Assembly (NCBI RefSeq): GCF_964355755.1
Contig: NW_027306095.1
Location: 124,001 to 188,000 of the forward strand
Length of the DNA: 64,000 nucleotides
Origin: Antedon mediterranea
Taxonomy: Eukaryota; Animalia; Echinodermata
Direction of reading: 5' to 3'
Position 1 is the first letter of the stretch. Every line of letters starts with the position of its first letter. This document shows, piece by piece, positions 13,270 to 25,200 of the stretch. The notes beneath the pieces are model-generated. The model was not told the DNA's origin. It did no database searches and was given only the letters and a program-made list of their open reading frames with translations. The position numbers and the translations under genes are program-made.

Positions 13270-15050
13270 AAATTGTCTAAAAATGCGATTTGAAGCTATT
13301 TTGTGCACTTTGATGTTTTTGTGTGAAAAGTTTCATCGAAATGCACAAAATGGTCTAAAACGTCTCCAAATATGATATTAAGCTATTGTATGCACTTTGT
13401 TGTTTTTATCTGAAAAGTTTTCACGAAATGCACAAAATGATCTAAAACGTCTCTAAATGCGATTTGAAGTTATTTTGTGCACTTTAATGTTTTGTGTGAA
13501 AAGTTTTATCGAAAAGCACAAAATGGTCTAAAACGTCTCCAAATGCGATTTGAAGCTATTTTGTGCACTTTGATGTTTTGTGTGAAAAGTTTCACCAAAA
13601 TGCAAAAAATGGTCTAAAACGTCTCCAAATCCGTTTTGAAGCTAATCTAAGCACTTTGATGTTTTTATGTTAAACAGGTTTTTTCGAAATGCACAAAATG
13701 GTCTAAAACGTCTCCAAATACGATTTGAAGCTCTTTTGTGCACTTTGATGTTTTGTGTAATAAGTTTTATAGAAACGCACAAAATGGTCTAAAACGGTTT
13801 CAAATGTGATTTTAAGCACTTTGATATTTTTGTTTAACCAAGTTTCATCGAAATGCACAAAATGGTCTAAAACGTCTCCAAATGCGATTTGAAGCTGTTT
13901 TTGTGTGAAAAGTTTTTTCGAAATACACAAAATGGTCTAAAACGTCTCCAAATGCGATTTGGAGCTCTTTTGTGCACTTTGATGTTTTGTGTCAAAAGTT
14001 TTATAGAAATGCTCGAAATGGTCTAAAACGGTATCAAATGTGATTTTAAGCACTTTCATGTTTTTGTGTAGCCAAGTTTCATCGAAATGCACAAAAAAAT
14101 CTAAAACGTCTCCAAATGCGATTTAAAGCTATTTTGTGCAGTTTAATATTTTGTGTGAAAAGTTTAATCGAAATTCTCAAAATGGTCTAAAACGGTTTCA
14201 AATGTGATTTTAAGCACTTTGATGTTTTTGTGTTATCAAGTTTCATCGAAATGCACAAAATGGTTTAAAACGTCTGCAAATGCGATTTGAAGCTATTTTG
14301 TGCACTTTGATGTTTTGTGTAATCCAGTTTCATCGAAATGTACAAAATTGTCTAAAACGTCTCTAAATGCGATTTGAAGCTATTTTGTGCACTTTGTCGT
14401 TTTTGTGTGAAAAGTTTCATCGAAATGCTCAAAATGGTCTAAAACGTCTCCAAATGCGATTTGAAGCTATTTTGTGCACTTTGATGTTTTTGTGTGAAAA
14501 GTTTCATCGAAATGCACAAAATGGTCTTAAACGGTTTCAAATGTGATTTTAAGCACTTTGATATTTTTGTGTAATCAAGTTTTTTCGAAATGCACAAAAT
14601 GGTCTAAAACGTCTCCAAATGCGATTTAAAGCTATTTTGTGCACTTTAATGTTTTGTGTGAAAAGTTTTATCGAAATGCTCAAAATGGTCTAAAACGGTT
14701 TCAAATGTGATTTTAAGCACCTTGATGTTTTTGTGTAATCAAGTTTTATCGAAATGCACAAAATGGTTTAAAACGTCTGGAAATGCGATTTGAAGCTATT
14801 TTGTGCACTTTGATGTTTTTTGTAATCCAGTTTCATCGAAATGTACAAAATTGTCTAAAACCTCTCAAAATGCGATTTGAAGCTATTTTGTGCACTTTGT
14901 CGTTTTTATGTGAAAAGTTTCATCGAAATGCTTAAAATGGTCTAAAACGTCTACAAATGCGATTTGAAGCTATTTTGTGCACTTTGATGTTTTTGTGTGA
15001 AAAGTTTCATCGAAATGCACAAAATGGTCTAAAACGGTTTCAAATGTGAT
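13270..15050 (+). repeat. Diverged (monomeric) satellite layer
   Basis: Many substitutions and deletions not seen elsewhere in the window, e.g. TTTTTATCTGAAAAGTTTTCACG, TTCACCAAAATGCAAAAAAT, GCTAATCTAAGCAC, TTAAACAGGTT, GTAGCCAAG. Confidence 0.85.
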
Positions 15051-16491
15051 TTGAAGCAATTTTGTGCACTTTGATGTTTTGTGTAATCCAGTTTCATCGA
15101 AATGTACAAAATTGTCTAAAACGTCTCTAAATGCGATTTGAAGCTATTTTGTGCACTTTGTCGTTTTTGTGTGAAAAGTTTTTTCGAAATGCACAAAATG
15201 GTCTAAAACGTCTCCAATTGCGATTTGAAGTTATTTTGTGCACTTTGATGTTTTGTGTGAAAAGTTTTATCGAAATGCTCAAAATGGTCTAAAACGGTTT
15301 CAAATGTGATTTTAAGCACTTTGATATTTTTGTGTAATCAAGTTTCATCGAAATGCACAAAATGGTCTAAAACGTCTGCAAATGCGATTTAAAGCTATTT
15401 TGTGCACTTTAATGTTTTGTGTGAAAAGTTTTATCGAAATTCTCAAAATGGTCTAAAACGGTTTCAAATGTGATTTTAAGCACTTTGATGTTTTTGTGTA
15501 ATCAAGTTTCATCGAAATGCACAAAATGGTTTAAAACGTCTGCAAACGCGATTTGAAGCTATTTTGTGCACTTTGATGTTTTTGTGTGAAAAGTTTCATC
15601 GAAATGCACAAAATTGTCTAAAACGTCTCCAAATACGATATTAAGCTATTGTATGCACTTTGATGTTTTTGAGTGAAAAGTTTTTTCGAAATGCACAAAA
15701 TGTTCTAAAACGTCTCCAAATGCGATTTGGAGCTCTTTTGTGCACTTTAATTTTTTTTGTGTAAAAAGTTTGCTATTTTGTGCACTTTTAATGTTTTGTG
15801 TGAAAAGTTTTATCGAAATGCTCAAAATTGTCTAAAACGGTTTCAAATGTGATTTTAAGCACTTTGATATTTTTGTGTAATCAAGTTTTTTCGAAATGCA
15901 CAACATGGTCTAAAACGTCTCCAAATGCGATTTGAAGCTATTTTGTGCACTTTGATGTTTTTGTGTGAAAAGTTTCATCGAAATGCACAAAATGGTCTAA
16001 AACGTCTCTAAATGCGATTTGAAGCTATTTTGTGCACTTTGATGTTTTTGTGTGAAAAGTTTCATCGAAATGCACAAAATGGTCTAAAACGTCTCTAAAT
16101 GCGATTTGAAGATATTTTGTGCACTTTGTCGTTTTTGTGTGAAAAGTTTCATCGAAATGCTCAAAATGGTCTAAAACGTCTCCAAATGCGATTTGAAGCT
16201 ATTTTGTGCACTTTGATGTTTTTTTCTGAAAAGTTTCATCGAAATGCACAAAATGGTCTAAAACGTCTCTAAATACGATTTGAAGCTTTTTTGTGCACTT
16301 TGATGTTTTTGTGTGAAAAGTTTCATCGAAATGCACAAAATGGTCTAAAACGTCTCTAAATGCGATTTGAAGCTATTTTGTGCACTTTGATGTTTTTTTG
16401 TGAAAAGTTTCATCGAAATGCACAAAATGGTCTAAAACGTCTCTAAATGCGATTTGAAGCTATTTTGTGCACTTTGTCGTTTTTGTGTGAA

Positions 16492-16523
16492 AAGTTTCAT
16501 CGAAATGCATTTCGATGAAACTT
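16492..16523. repeat. 32-bp perfect palindrome at an inversion junction (same sequence as 4283-4314)
   Basis: AAGTTTCATCGAAATG|CATTTCGATGAAACTT with no spacer. Confidence 0.95.
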
Positions 16524-19500
16524 GATTACACAAAAATATAAAAGTGCTTAAAATCACATTTGAAACCGTTTTAGACCATTTTGAGCATTTCGATAAAACT
16601 TTTCACACAAAACATCAAAGTGCACAAAATAACTTCAAATCGCAATTGGAGACGTTTTAGACCATTTTGTGCATTTCGATGAAACTTTTCACACAAAAAC
16701 GACAAAGTGCACAAAATAGCTTCAAATCGCATTTAGAGACGTTTTAGACAATTTTGTACATTTCGATGAAACTGGATTACACAAAACATCAAAGTGCACA
16801 AAATTGCTTCAAATCGCATTTGGAGACGTTTTAGAACATTTTGTGCATTTCGATGAAACTTTTCACACAAAAACATCAATGTGCACAAAATTGCTTCAAA
16901 TCGCATTTGGAGACGTTTTAGACAATTTTGTGCCTTTCGATGAAACTTTTCACAAAAAAACATCAAAGTGCACAAAATAGCTTCAAATCGCATTTGCAGA
17001 CGTTTTAGACGATTTTGTGCATTTCGATGAAACTTTTCACACAAAAAAATGAAAGTGCACAAAATTGCTTCAAATCGCATTTGGAGACGTTTTAGACCAT
17101 TTTGAGCATTTCGATGAAACTTTTCACACAAAAACATCAAAGTGCACAAAATAGCTTCAAATCGCATTTGCAGACGTTTTAGACCATTTTGTGCATTTCG
17201 ATGAAACTTTTCACACAAAAACATCAAAGTGCACAAAATTGCTTCAAATCGCATTTGGAGACGTTTTAGACCATTTTGAGCATTTCGATGAAACTTTTCA
17301 CACAAAAACGACAAAGTGCACAAAATAGCTTCAAATCGCATTTAGAGACGTTTTAGACCATTTTGTGCATTTCGATGAAACTTTTCACACAAAAACATCA
17401 AAGTGCACAAAATAGCTTCAAATCGCATTTAGAGACGTTTTAGACCATTTTGTGTATTTCGATGAAACTTTTCACACAAAAACATCAAAGTGCACAAAAT
17501 AGCTTCAAATCGCATTTGGAGACGTTTTAGACCATGTTGTGCATTTCGAAAAAACTTGATTACACAAAAATATCAAAGTGCTTAAAATCACATTTGAAAC
17601 CGTTTTAGACAATTTTGAGCATTTCGATAAAACTTTTCACACAAAACATTAAGGTGCACAAAATAGCAAACTTTTTACACAAAACATCAAAGTGCACAAA
17701 AGAGCTCCAAATCGCATTTGGAGACGTTTTAGACCATTTTGTGCATTTCGAAAAAACTTTTCACTCAAAAACATCAAAGTGCATACAATAGTTTAATATC
17801 GTATTTGGAGACGTTTTAGACAATTTTGTGCATTTCGATGAAACTTTTCACACAAAAACATCAAAGTGCACAAAAGAGCTTCAAATCGCATTTGCAGACG
17901 TTTTAAACCATTTAGTGCATTTCGATGAAACTTGATTACACAAAAACATCAAAGTTCTTAAAATCACATTTGAAACCGTTTTAGACCATTTTGAGAATTT
18001 CGATAAAACTTTTCACACAAAACATTAAAGTGCACAAAATAGCTTTAAATCGCATTTGCAGACGTTTTAGACCATTTTGTGCAGTTCGATGAAACTTGAT
18101 TACACAAAAATATCAAAGTGCTTAAAATCACATTTGAAACCGTTTTAGACCATTTTGAGCATTTCGATAAAACTTTTCACACAAAACATCAAAGTGCACA
18201 AAATAACTTCAAATCGCAATTGGAGACGTTTTAGACCATTTTGTGCATTTCGATGAAACTTTTCACACAAAAACGACAAAGTGCACAAAATAGCTTCAAA
18301 TCGCATTTAGAGACGTTTTAGACAATTTTATACATTTCGATGAAACTGGATTACACAAAACATCAAAGTGCACAAAATTGCTTCAAATCGAATTTGGAGA
18401 CGTTTTAGACCATTTTGTGCATTTCGAAAAAACTTTTCACACAAAAACGACAAAGTGCACAAAATAGCTTCAAATCGCATTTGCAGACGTTTTAGACCAT
18501 TTTGTGCATTTCGATGAAACTTTTCACACAAAAACATCAAAGTGCACAAAATTGCTTCAAATCGCATTTGGAGACGTTTTAGACCATTTTGAGCATTTCG
18601 ATGAAACTTTTCACACAAAAACGACAAAGTGCACAAAATAGCTTCAAATCGCATTTAGAGACGTTTTAGACAATTTTGTGCCTTTCGATGAAACTTTTCA
18701 CAAAAAAACATCAAAGTGCACAAAATAGCTTCAAATCGCATTTGCAGACGTTTTAGACCATTTTGTGCATTTCGATGAAACTTTTCACACAAAAACATCA
18801 AAGTGCACAAAATTGCTTCAAATCGCATTTGGAGACGTTTTAGACCATTTTGAGCATTTCGATGGAACTTTTCACACAAAAACGACAAAGTGCACAAAAT
18901 AGCTTCAAATCGCATTTAGAGACGTTTTAGACCATTTTGTGCATTTCGATGAAACTTTTCACAAAAAAACATCAAAGTGCACAAAATAGCTTCAAATCGC
19001 ATTTAGAGACGTTTTAGACCATTTTGTGCATTTCGATGAAACTTTTCACACAAAAACATCAAAGTGCACAAAATAGCTTCAAATCGCATTTAGAGACGTT
19101 TTAGACCATTTTGTGCATTTCGATGAAACTTTTCACACAAAAACATCAAAGTGCACAAAATAGCTTCAAATCGCATTTGGAGACGTTTTAGACCATGTTG
19201 TGCATTTCGAAAAAACTTGATTACACAAAAACATCAAAGTGCTTAAAATCACATTTGAAACCGTTTTAGACCATTTTGAGAATTTCGATAAAACTTTTAC
19301 ACAAAACATTAAAGTGCACAAAATAGCTTTAAATCGCATTTGCAGACGTTTTAGACCATTTTGTGCATTTCGATGAAACTGGATTACACAAAACATCAAA
19401 GTGCACAAAATAGCTTCAAATCGCATTTGGAGACGTTTTAGACCATTTTGTGCATTTCGAAAAAACTTTTCACACAAAAACGACAAAGTGCACAAAATAG

Positions 19501-22271
19501 CTTCAAATCACATTTGAAACCGTTTTAGACCATTTTGAGCATTTCGATAAAACTTTTCACACAAAACATCAAAGTGCACAAAATAACTTCAAATCGCAAT
19601 TGGAGACGTTTTAGACCATTTTGTGCATTTCGATGAAACTTTTCACACAAAAACGACAAAGTGCACAAAATAGCTTCAAATCGCATTTAGAGACGTTTTA
19701 GACAATTTTATACATTTCGATGAAACTGGATTACACAAAACATCAAAGTGCACAAAATTGCTTCAAATCGCATTTGGAGACGTTTTAGACCATTTTGTGC
19801 ATTTCGAAAAAACTTTTCACACAAAAACGACAAAGTGCACAAAATAGCTTCAAATCGCATTTGCAGACGTTTTAGACCATTTTGTGCATTTCGATGAAAC
19901 TTTTCACACAAAAACATCAAAGTGCACAAAATTGCTTCAAATCGCATTTGGAGACGTTTTAGACCATTTTGAGCATTTCGATGAAACTTTTCACACAAAA
20001 ACGACAAAGTGCACAAAATAGCTTCAAATCGCAATTGGAGACGTTTTAGACCATTTTGTGCATTTCGATGAAACTTTTCACACAAAAACGACAAAGTGCA
20101 CAAAATAGCTTCAAATCGCATTTGCAGACGTTTTAGACCATTTTGTGCATTTCGATGAAACTTTTCACACAAAAACATCAAAGTGCACAAAATTGCTTCA
20201 AATCACATTTAGAGACGTTTTAGACAATTTTGTGCCTTTCGATGAAACTTTTCACAAAAAAACATCAAAGTGCACAAAATAGCTTCAAATCGCATTTGCA
20301 GACGTTTTAGACCATTTTGTGCATTTCGATGAAACTTTTCACACAAAAACATCAAAGTGCACAAAATTGCTTCAAATCACATTTGGAGACGTTTTAGACC
20401 ATTTTGAGCATTTCGATGGAACTTTTCACACAAAAACGACAAAGTGCACAAAATAGCTTCAAATCGCATTTAGAGACGTTTTAGACCATTTTGTGCATTT
20501 CGATGAAACTTTTCACAAAAAAACATCAAAGTGCACAAAATAGCTTCAAATCGCATTTAGAGACGTTTTAGACCATTTTGTGCATTTCGATGAAACTTTT
20601 CACACAAAAACATCAAAGTGCACAAAATAGCTTCAAATCGCATTTAGAGACGTTTTAGACCATTTTGTGCATTTCGATGAAACTTTTCACACAAAAACAT
20701 CAAAGTGCACAAAATAGCTTCAAATCGCATTTGGAGACGTTTTAGACCATGTTGTGCATTTCGAAAAAACTTGATTACACAAAAACATCAAAGTGCTTAA
20801 AATCACATTTGAAACCGTTTTAGACCATTTTGAGAATTTCGATAAAACTTTTACACAAAACATTAAAGTGCACAAAATAGCTTTAAATCGCATTTGCAGA
20901 CGTTTTAGACCATTTTGTGCATTTCGATGAAACTGGATTACACAAAACATCAAAGTGCACAAAATAGCTTCAAATCGCATTTGGAGACGTTTTAGACCAT
21001 TTTGTGCATTTCGAAAAAACTTTTCACACAAAAACGACAAAGTGCACAAAATAGCTTCAAATCACATTTGAAACCGTTTTAGACCATTTTGAGAATTTCG
21101 ATAAAACTTTTACACAAAACATTAAAGTGCACAAAATAGCTTTAAATCGCATTTGCAGACGTTTTAGACCATTTTGTGCATTTCGATGAAACTTGATTAC
21201 ACAAAAATATCAAAGTGCTTAAAATCACATTTGAAACCGTTTTAGACCATTTTGAGCATTTCGATAAAACTTTTCACACAAAACATCAAAGTGCACAAAA
21301 TAACTTCAAATCGCAATTGGAGACGTTTTAGACCATTTTGTGCATTTCGATGAAACTTTTCACACAAAAACGACAAAGTGCACAAAATAGCTTCAAATCG
21401 CATTTAGAGACGTTTTAGACAATTTTGTACATTTCGATGAAACTGGATTACACAAAACATCAAAGTGCACAAAATTGCTTCAAATCGCATTTGGAGACGT
21501 TTTAGACCATTTTGTGCATTTCGAAAAAACTTTTCACACAAAAACGACAAAGTGCACAAAATAGCTTCAAATCGCATTTGCAGACGTTTTAGACCATTTT
21601 GTGCATTTCGATGAAACTTTTCACACAAAAACATCAAAGTGCACAAAATTGCTTCAAATCGCATTTGGAGACGTTTTAGACAATTTTGTGCCTTTCGATG
21701 AAACTTTTCACACAAAAACGACAAAGTGCACAAAATAGCTTCAAATCGCATTTGCAGACGTTTTAGACCATTTTGTGCATTTCGATGAAACTTTTCACAC
21801 AAAAACATCAAAGTGCACAAAATTGCTTCAAATCGCATTTGGAGACGTTTTAGACCATTTTGAGCATTTCGATGAAACTTTTCACACAAAAACGACAAAG
21901 TCCACAAAATAGCTTCAAATCGCATTTAGAGACGTTTTAGACCATTTTGTGCATTTCGATGAAACTTTTCACAAAAAAACATCAAAGTGCACAAAATAGC
22001 TTCAAATCGCATTTAGAGACGTTTTAGACCATTTTGTGCATTTCGATGAAACTTTTCAGAAAAAAACATCAAAGTGCACAAAATAGCTTCAAATCGCATT
22101 TGGAGACGTTTTAGACCATTTTGAGCATTTCGATGAAACTTTTCACACAAAAACGACAAAGTGCACAAAATAGCTTCAAATCGCATTTAGAGACGTTTTA
22201 GACCATTTTGTGCATTTCGATGAAACTTTTCACAAAAAAACATCAAAGTGCACAAAATAGCTTCAAATCGC
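16508..22271 (-). repeat. Satellite orientation block 5 (reverse)
   Basis: Runs from CATTTCGATGAAACTTGATTAC at 16508 to CTTCAAATCGC ending at 22271. Confidence 0.93.
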
Positions 22272-25200
22272 GATGAAAAGTTTCATCGAAATGCACAAAA
22301 TGGTCTAAAACGTCTCTAAATGCGATTTGAAGCTATTTTGTGCACTTTGATGTTTTTTGTGAAAAGTTTCATCGAAATGCACAAAATTGTCTAAAACGTC
22401 TCTAAATCCGATTTGAAGCTATTTTGTGCACTTTGTCGTTTTTGTGTGAAAAGTTTCATCGAAATGCTCAAAATGGTCTAAAACGTCTCCAAATGCGATT
22501 TGAAGCAATTTTGTGCACTTTGATGTTTTTGTGTGAAAAGTTTCATCGAAATGCACAAAATGGTCTAAAACGTCTGCAAATGCGATTTGAAGCTATTTTG
22601 TGCACTTTGTCGTTTTTGTGTGAAAAGTTTTTTCGAAATGCACAAAATGGTCTAAAACGTCTCCAATTGCGATTTGAAGTTATTTTGTGCACTTTGGTGT
22701 TTTGTGTGAAAAGTTTTATCGAAATGCTCAAAATGGTCTAAAACGGTTTCAAATGTGATTTTAAGCACTTTGATATTTTTGTGTAATCAAGTTTCATCGA
22801 AATGCACAAAATGGTCTAAAACGTCTGCAAATGCGATTTAAAGCTATTTTGTGCACTTTAATGTTTTGTGTGAAAAGTTTTATCGAAATTCTCAAAATGG
22901 TCTAAAACGGTTTCAAATGTCATTTTAAGCACTTTGAGGTTTTTGTGTAATCAAGTTTCATCGAAATGCACAAAATGGTTTAAAACGTCTGCAAATGCGA
23001 TTTGAAGCTATTTTGTGCACTTTGATGTTTTTGTGTGAAAAGTTTCATCGAAATGCACAAAATTGTCTAAAACGTCTCCAAATACGATATTAAGCTATTG
23101 TATGCACTTTGATGTTTTTGAGTGAAAAGTTTTTTCGAAATGCACAAAATGGTCTAAAACGTCTCCCAATGCGATTTGGAGCTCTTTTGTGCACTTTGAT
23201 GTTTTGTGTAAAAAGTTTGCTATTTTGTGCACTTTAATGTTTTGTGTGAGAAGTTTTATCGAAATGCTCAAAATTGTCTAAAACGGTTTCAAATGTGATT
23301 TTAAGCACTTTGATATTTTTGTGTAATCAAGTTTTTTCGAAATTCACAAAATGGTCTAAAACGTCTGCAAATGCGATTTAAAGCTATTTTGTGCACTTTA
23401 ATGTTTTGTGTGAAAAGTTTTATCGAAATTCTCAAAATGGTCTAAAACGGTTTCAAATGTGATTTTAAGCACTTTGATGTTTTTGTGTAATCAAGTTTCA
23501 TCGAAATACACTAAATGGTTTAAAACGTCTGCAATTGCGATTTGAAGCACAAAATTGTCTAAAACGTCTCCAAATACGATATTAAGCTATTTTGTGCACT
23601 TTGATGTTTTTGTGTGAAAAGTTTCATCGAAATGCACAAAATGGTCTAAAACGTCTCTAAATGCGATTTGAAGCTATTTTGTGCACTTTGATGTTTTTGT
23701 GTGAAAAGTTTCATCGAAATGCACAAAATGGTCTAAAACGTCTCTAAATGCGATTTGAAGCTATTTTGTGCACTTTGATGTTTTTTTGTGAAAAGTTTCA
23801 TCGAAATGCACAAAATGGTCTAAAACGTCTCTAAATGCGATTTGAAGCTATTTTGTGCACTTTGTCGTTTTTGTGTGAAAAGTTTCATCGAAATGCTCAA
23901 AATGGTCTAAAACGTCTCCAAATGCGATTTGAAGCAATTTTGTGCAATTTGATGTTTTTGTGTGAAAAGTTTCATCGAAATGCACAAAATGGTCTAAAAC
24001 GTCTGCAAATGCGATTTGAAGCTATTTTGTGCACTTTGATGTTTTTTTGTGAAAAGTTTCATCGAAAGGCACAAAATTGTCTAAAACGTCTCTAAATGCG
24101 ATTTGAAGCTATTTTGTGCACTTTGTCGTTTTTGTGTGAAAAGTTTCATCGAAATTCTCAAAATGGTCTAAAACGTCTCCAAATGCGATTTGAAGCAATT
24201 TTGTGCACTTTGATGTTTTTGTGTGAAAAGTTTCATCGAAATGCACAAAATGGTCTAAAACGTCTGCAAATGCGATTTGAAGCTATTTTGTGCACTTTGT
24301 CGTTTTTGTGTGAAAAGTTTTTTTGAAATGCACAAAATGGTCTAAAACGTCTCCAAATGCGATTTGAAGCAATTTTGTGCACTTTGATGATGTTTTGTGT
24401 AATCCAGTTTCATCGAAATGTACAAAATTGTCTAAAACGTCTCTAAATGCGATTTGAAGCTATTTTGTGCACTTTGTCGTTTTTGCGTGAAAAGTTTTTT
24501 CGAAATGCACAAAATGGTCTAAAACGTCTCCAAATGCGATTTGAAGCAATTTTGTGCACTTTGATGTTTTGTGTAATCCAGTTTCATCGAAATGTACAAA
24601 ATTGTCTAAAACGTCTCTAAATGCGATTTGAAGCTATTTTGTGCACTTTGTCGTTTTTGTGTGAAAAGTTTTTTCGAAATGCTCAAAATTGTCTAAAACG
24701 GTTTTAAATGTGATTTTAAGCACTTTGATATTTTTGTGTAATCAAGTTTTTTCGAAATGCACAACATGGTCTAAAACGTCTCCAAATGCGATTTGAAGCT
24801 ATTTTGTGCACTTTGATGTTTTTGTGTGAAAAGTTTCATCGAAATGCACAAAATGGTCTAAAACGTCTCTAAATGCGATTTGAAGCTATTTTGTGCACTT
24901 TGATGTTTTTGTGTGAAAAGTTTCATCGAAATGCACAAAATGGTCTAAAACGTCTCTAAATGCGATTTGAAGCTATTTTGTGCACTTTGATGTTTTTTTG
25001 TGAAAAGTTTCATCGAAATGCACAAAATGGTCTAAAACGTCTCCAAATGCGATTTGAAGCTATTTTGTGCACTTTGTCGTTTTTGTGTGAAAAGTTTCAT
25101 CGAAATGCTCAAAATGGTCTAAAACGTCTCCAAATGCGATTTGAAGCAATTTTGTGCAATTTGATGTTTTTGTGTGAAAAGTTTCATCGAAATGCACAAA

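Larger units (their letters stand above)
6650..16507 (+). repeat. Satellite orientation block 4 (forward)
   Basis: Runs from TCGTTTTTGTGTGAAAAG at 6650 to the palindrome centre 16507/16508. Confidence 0.93.
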
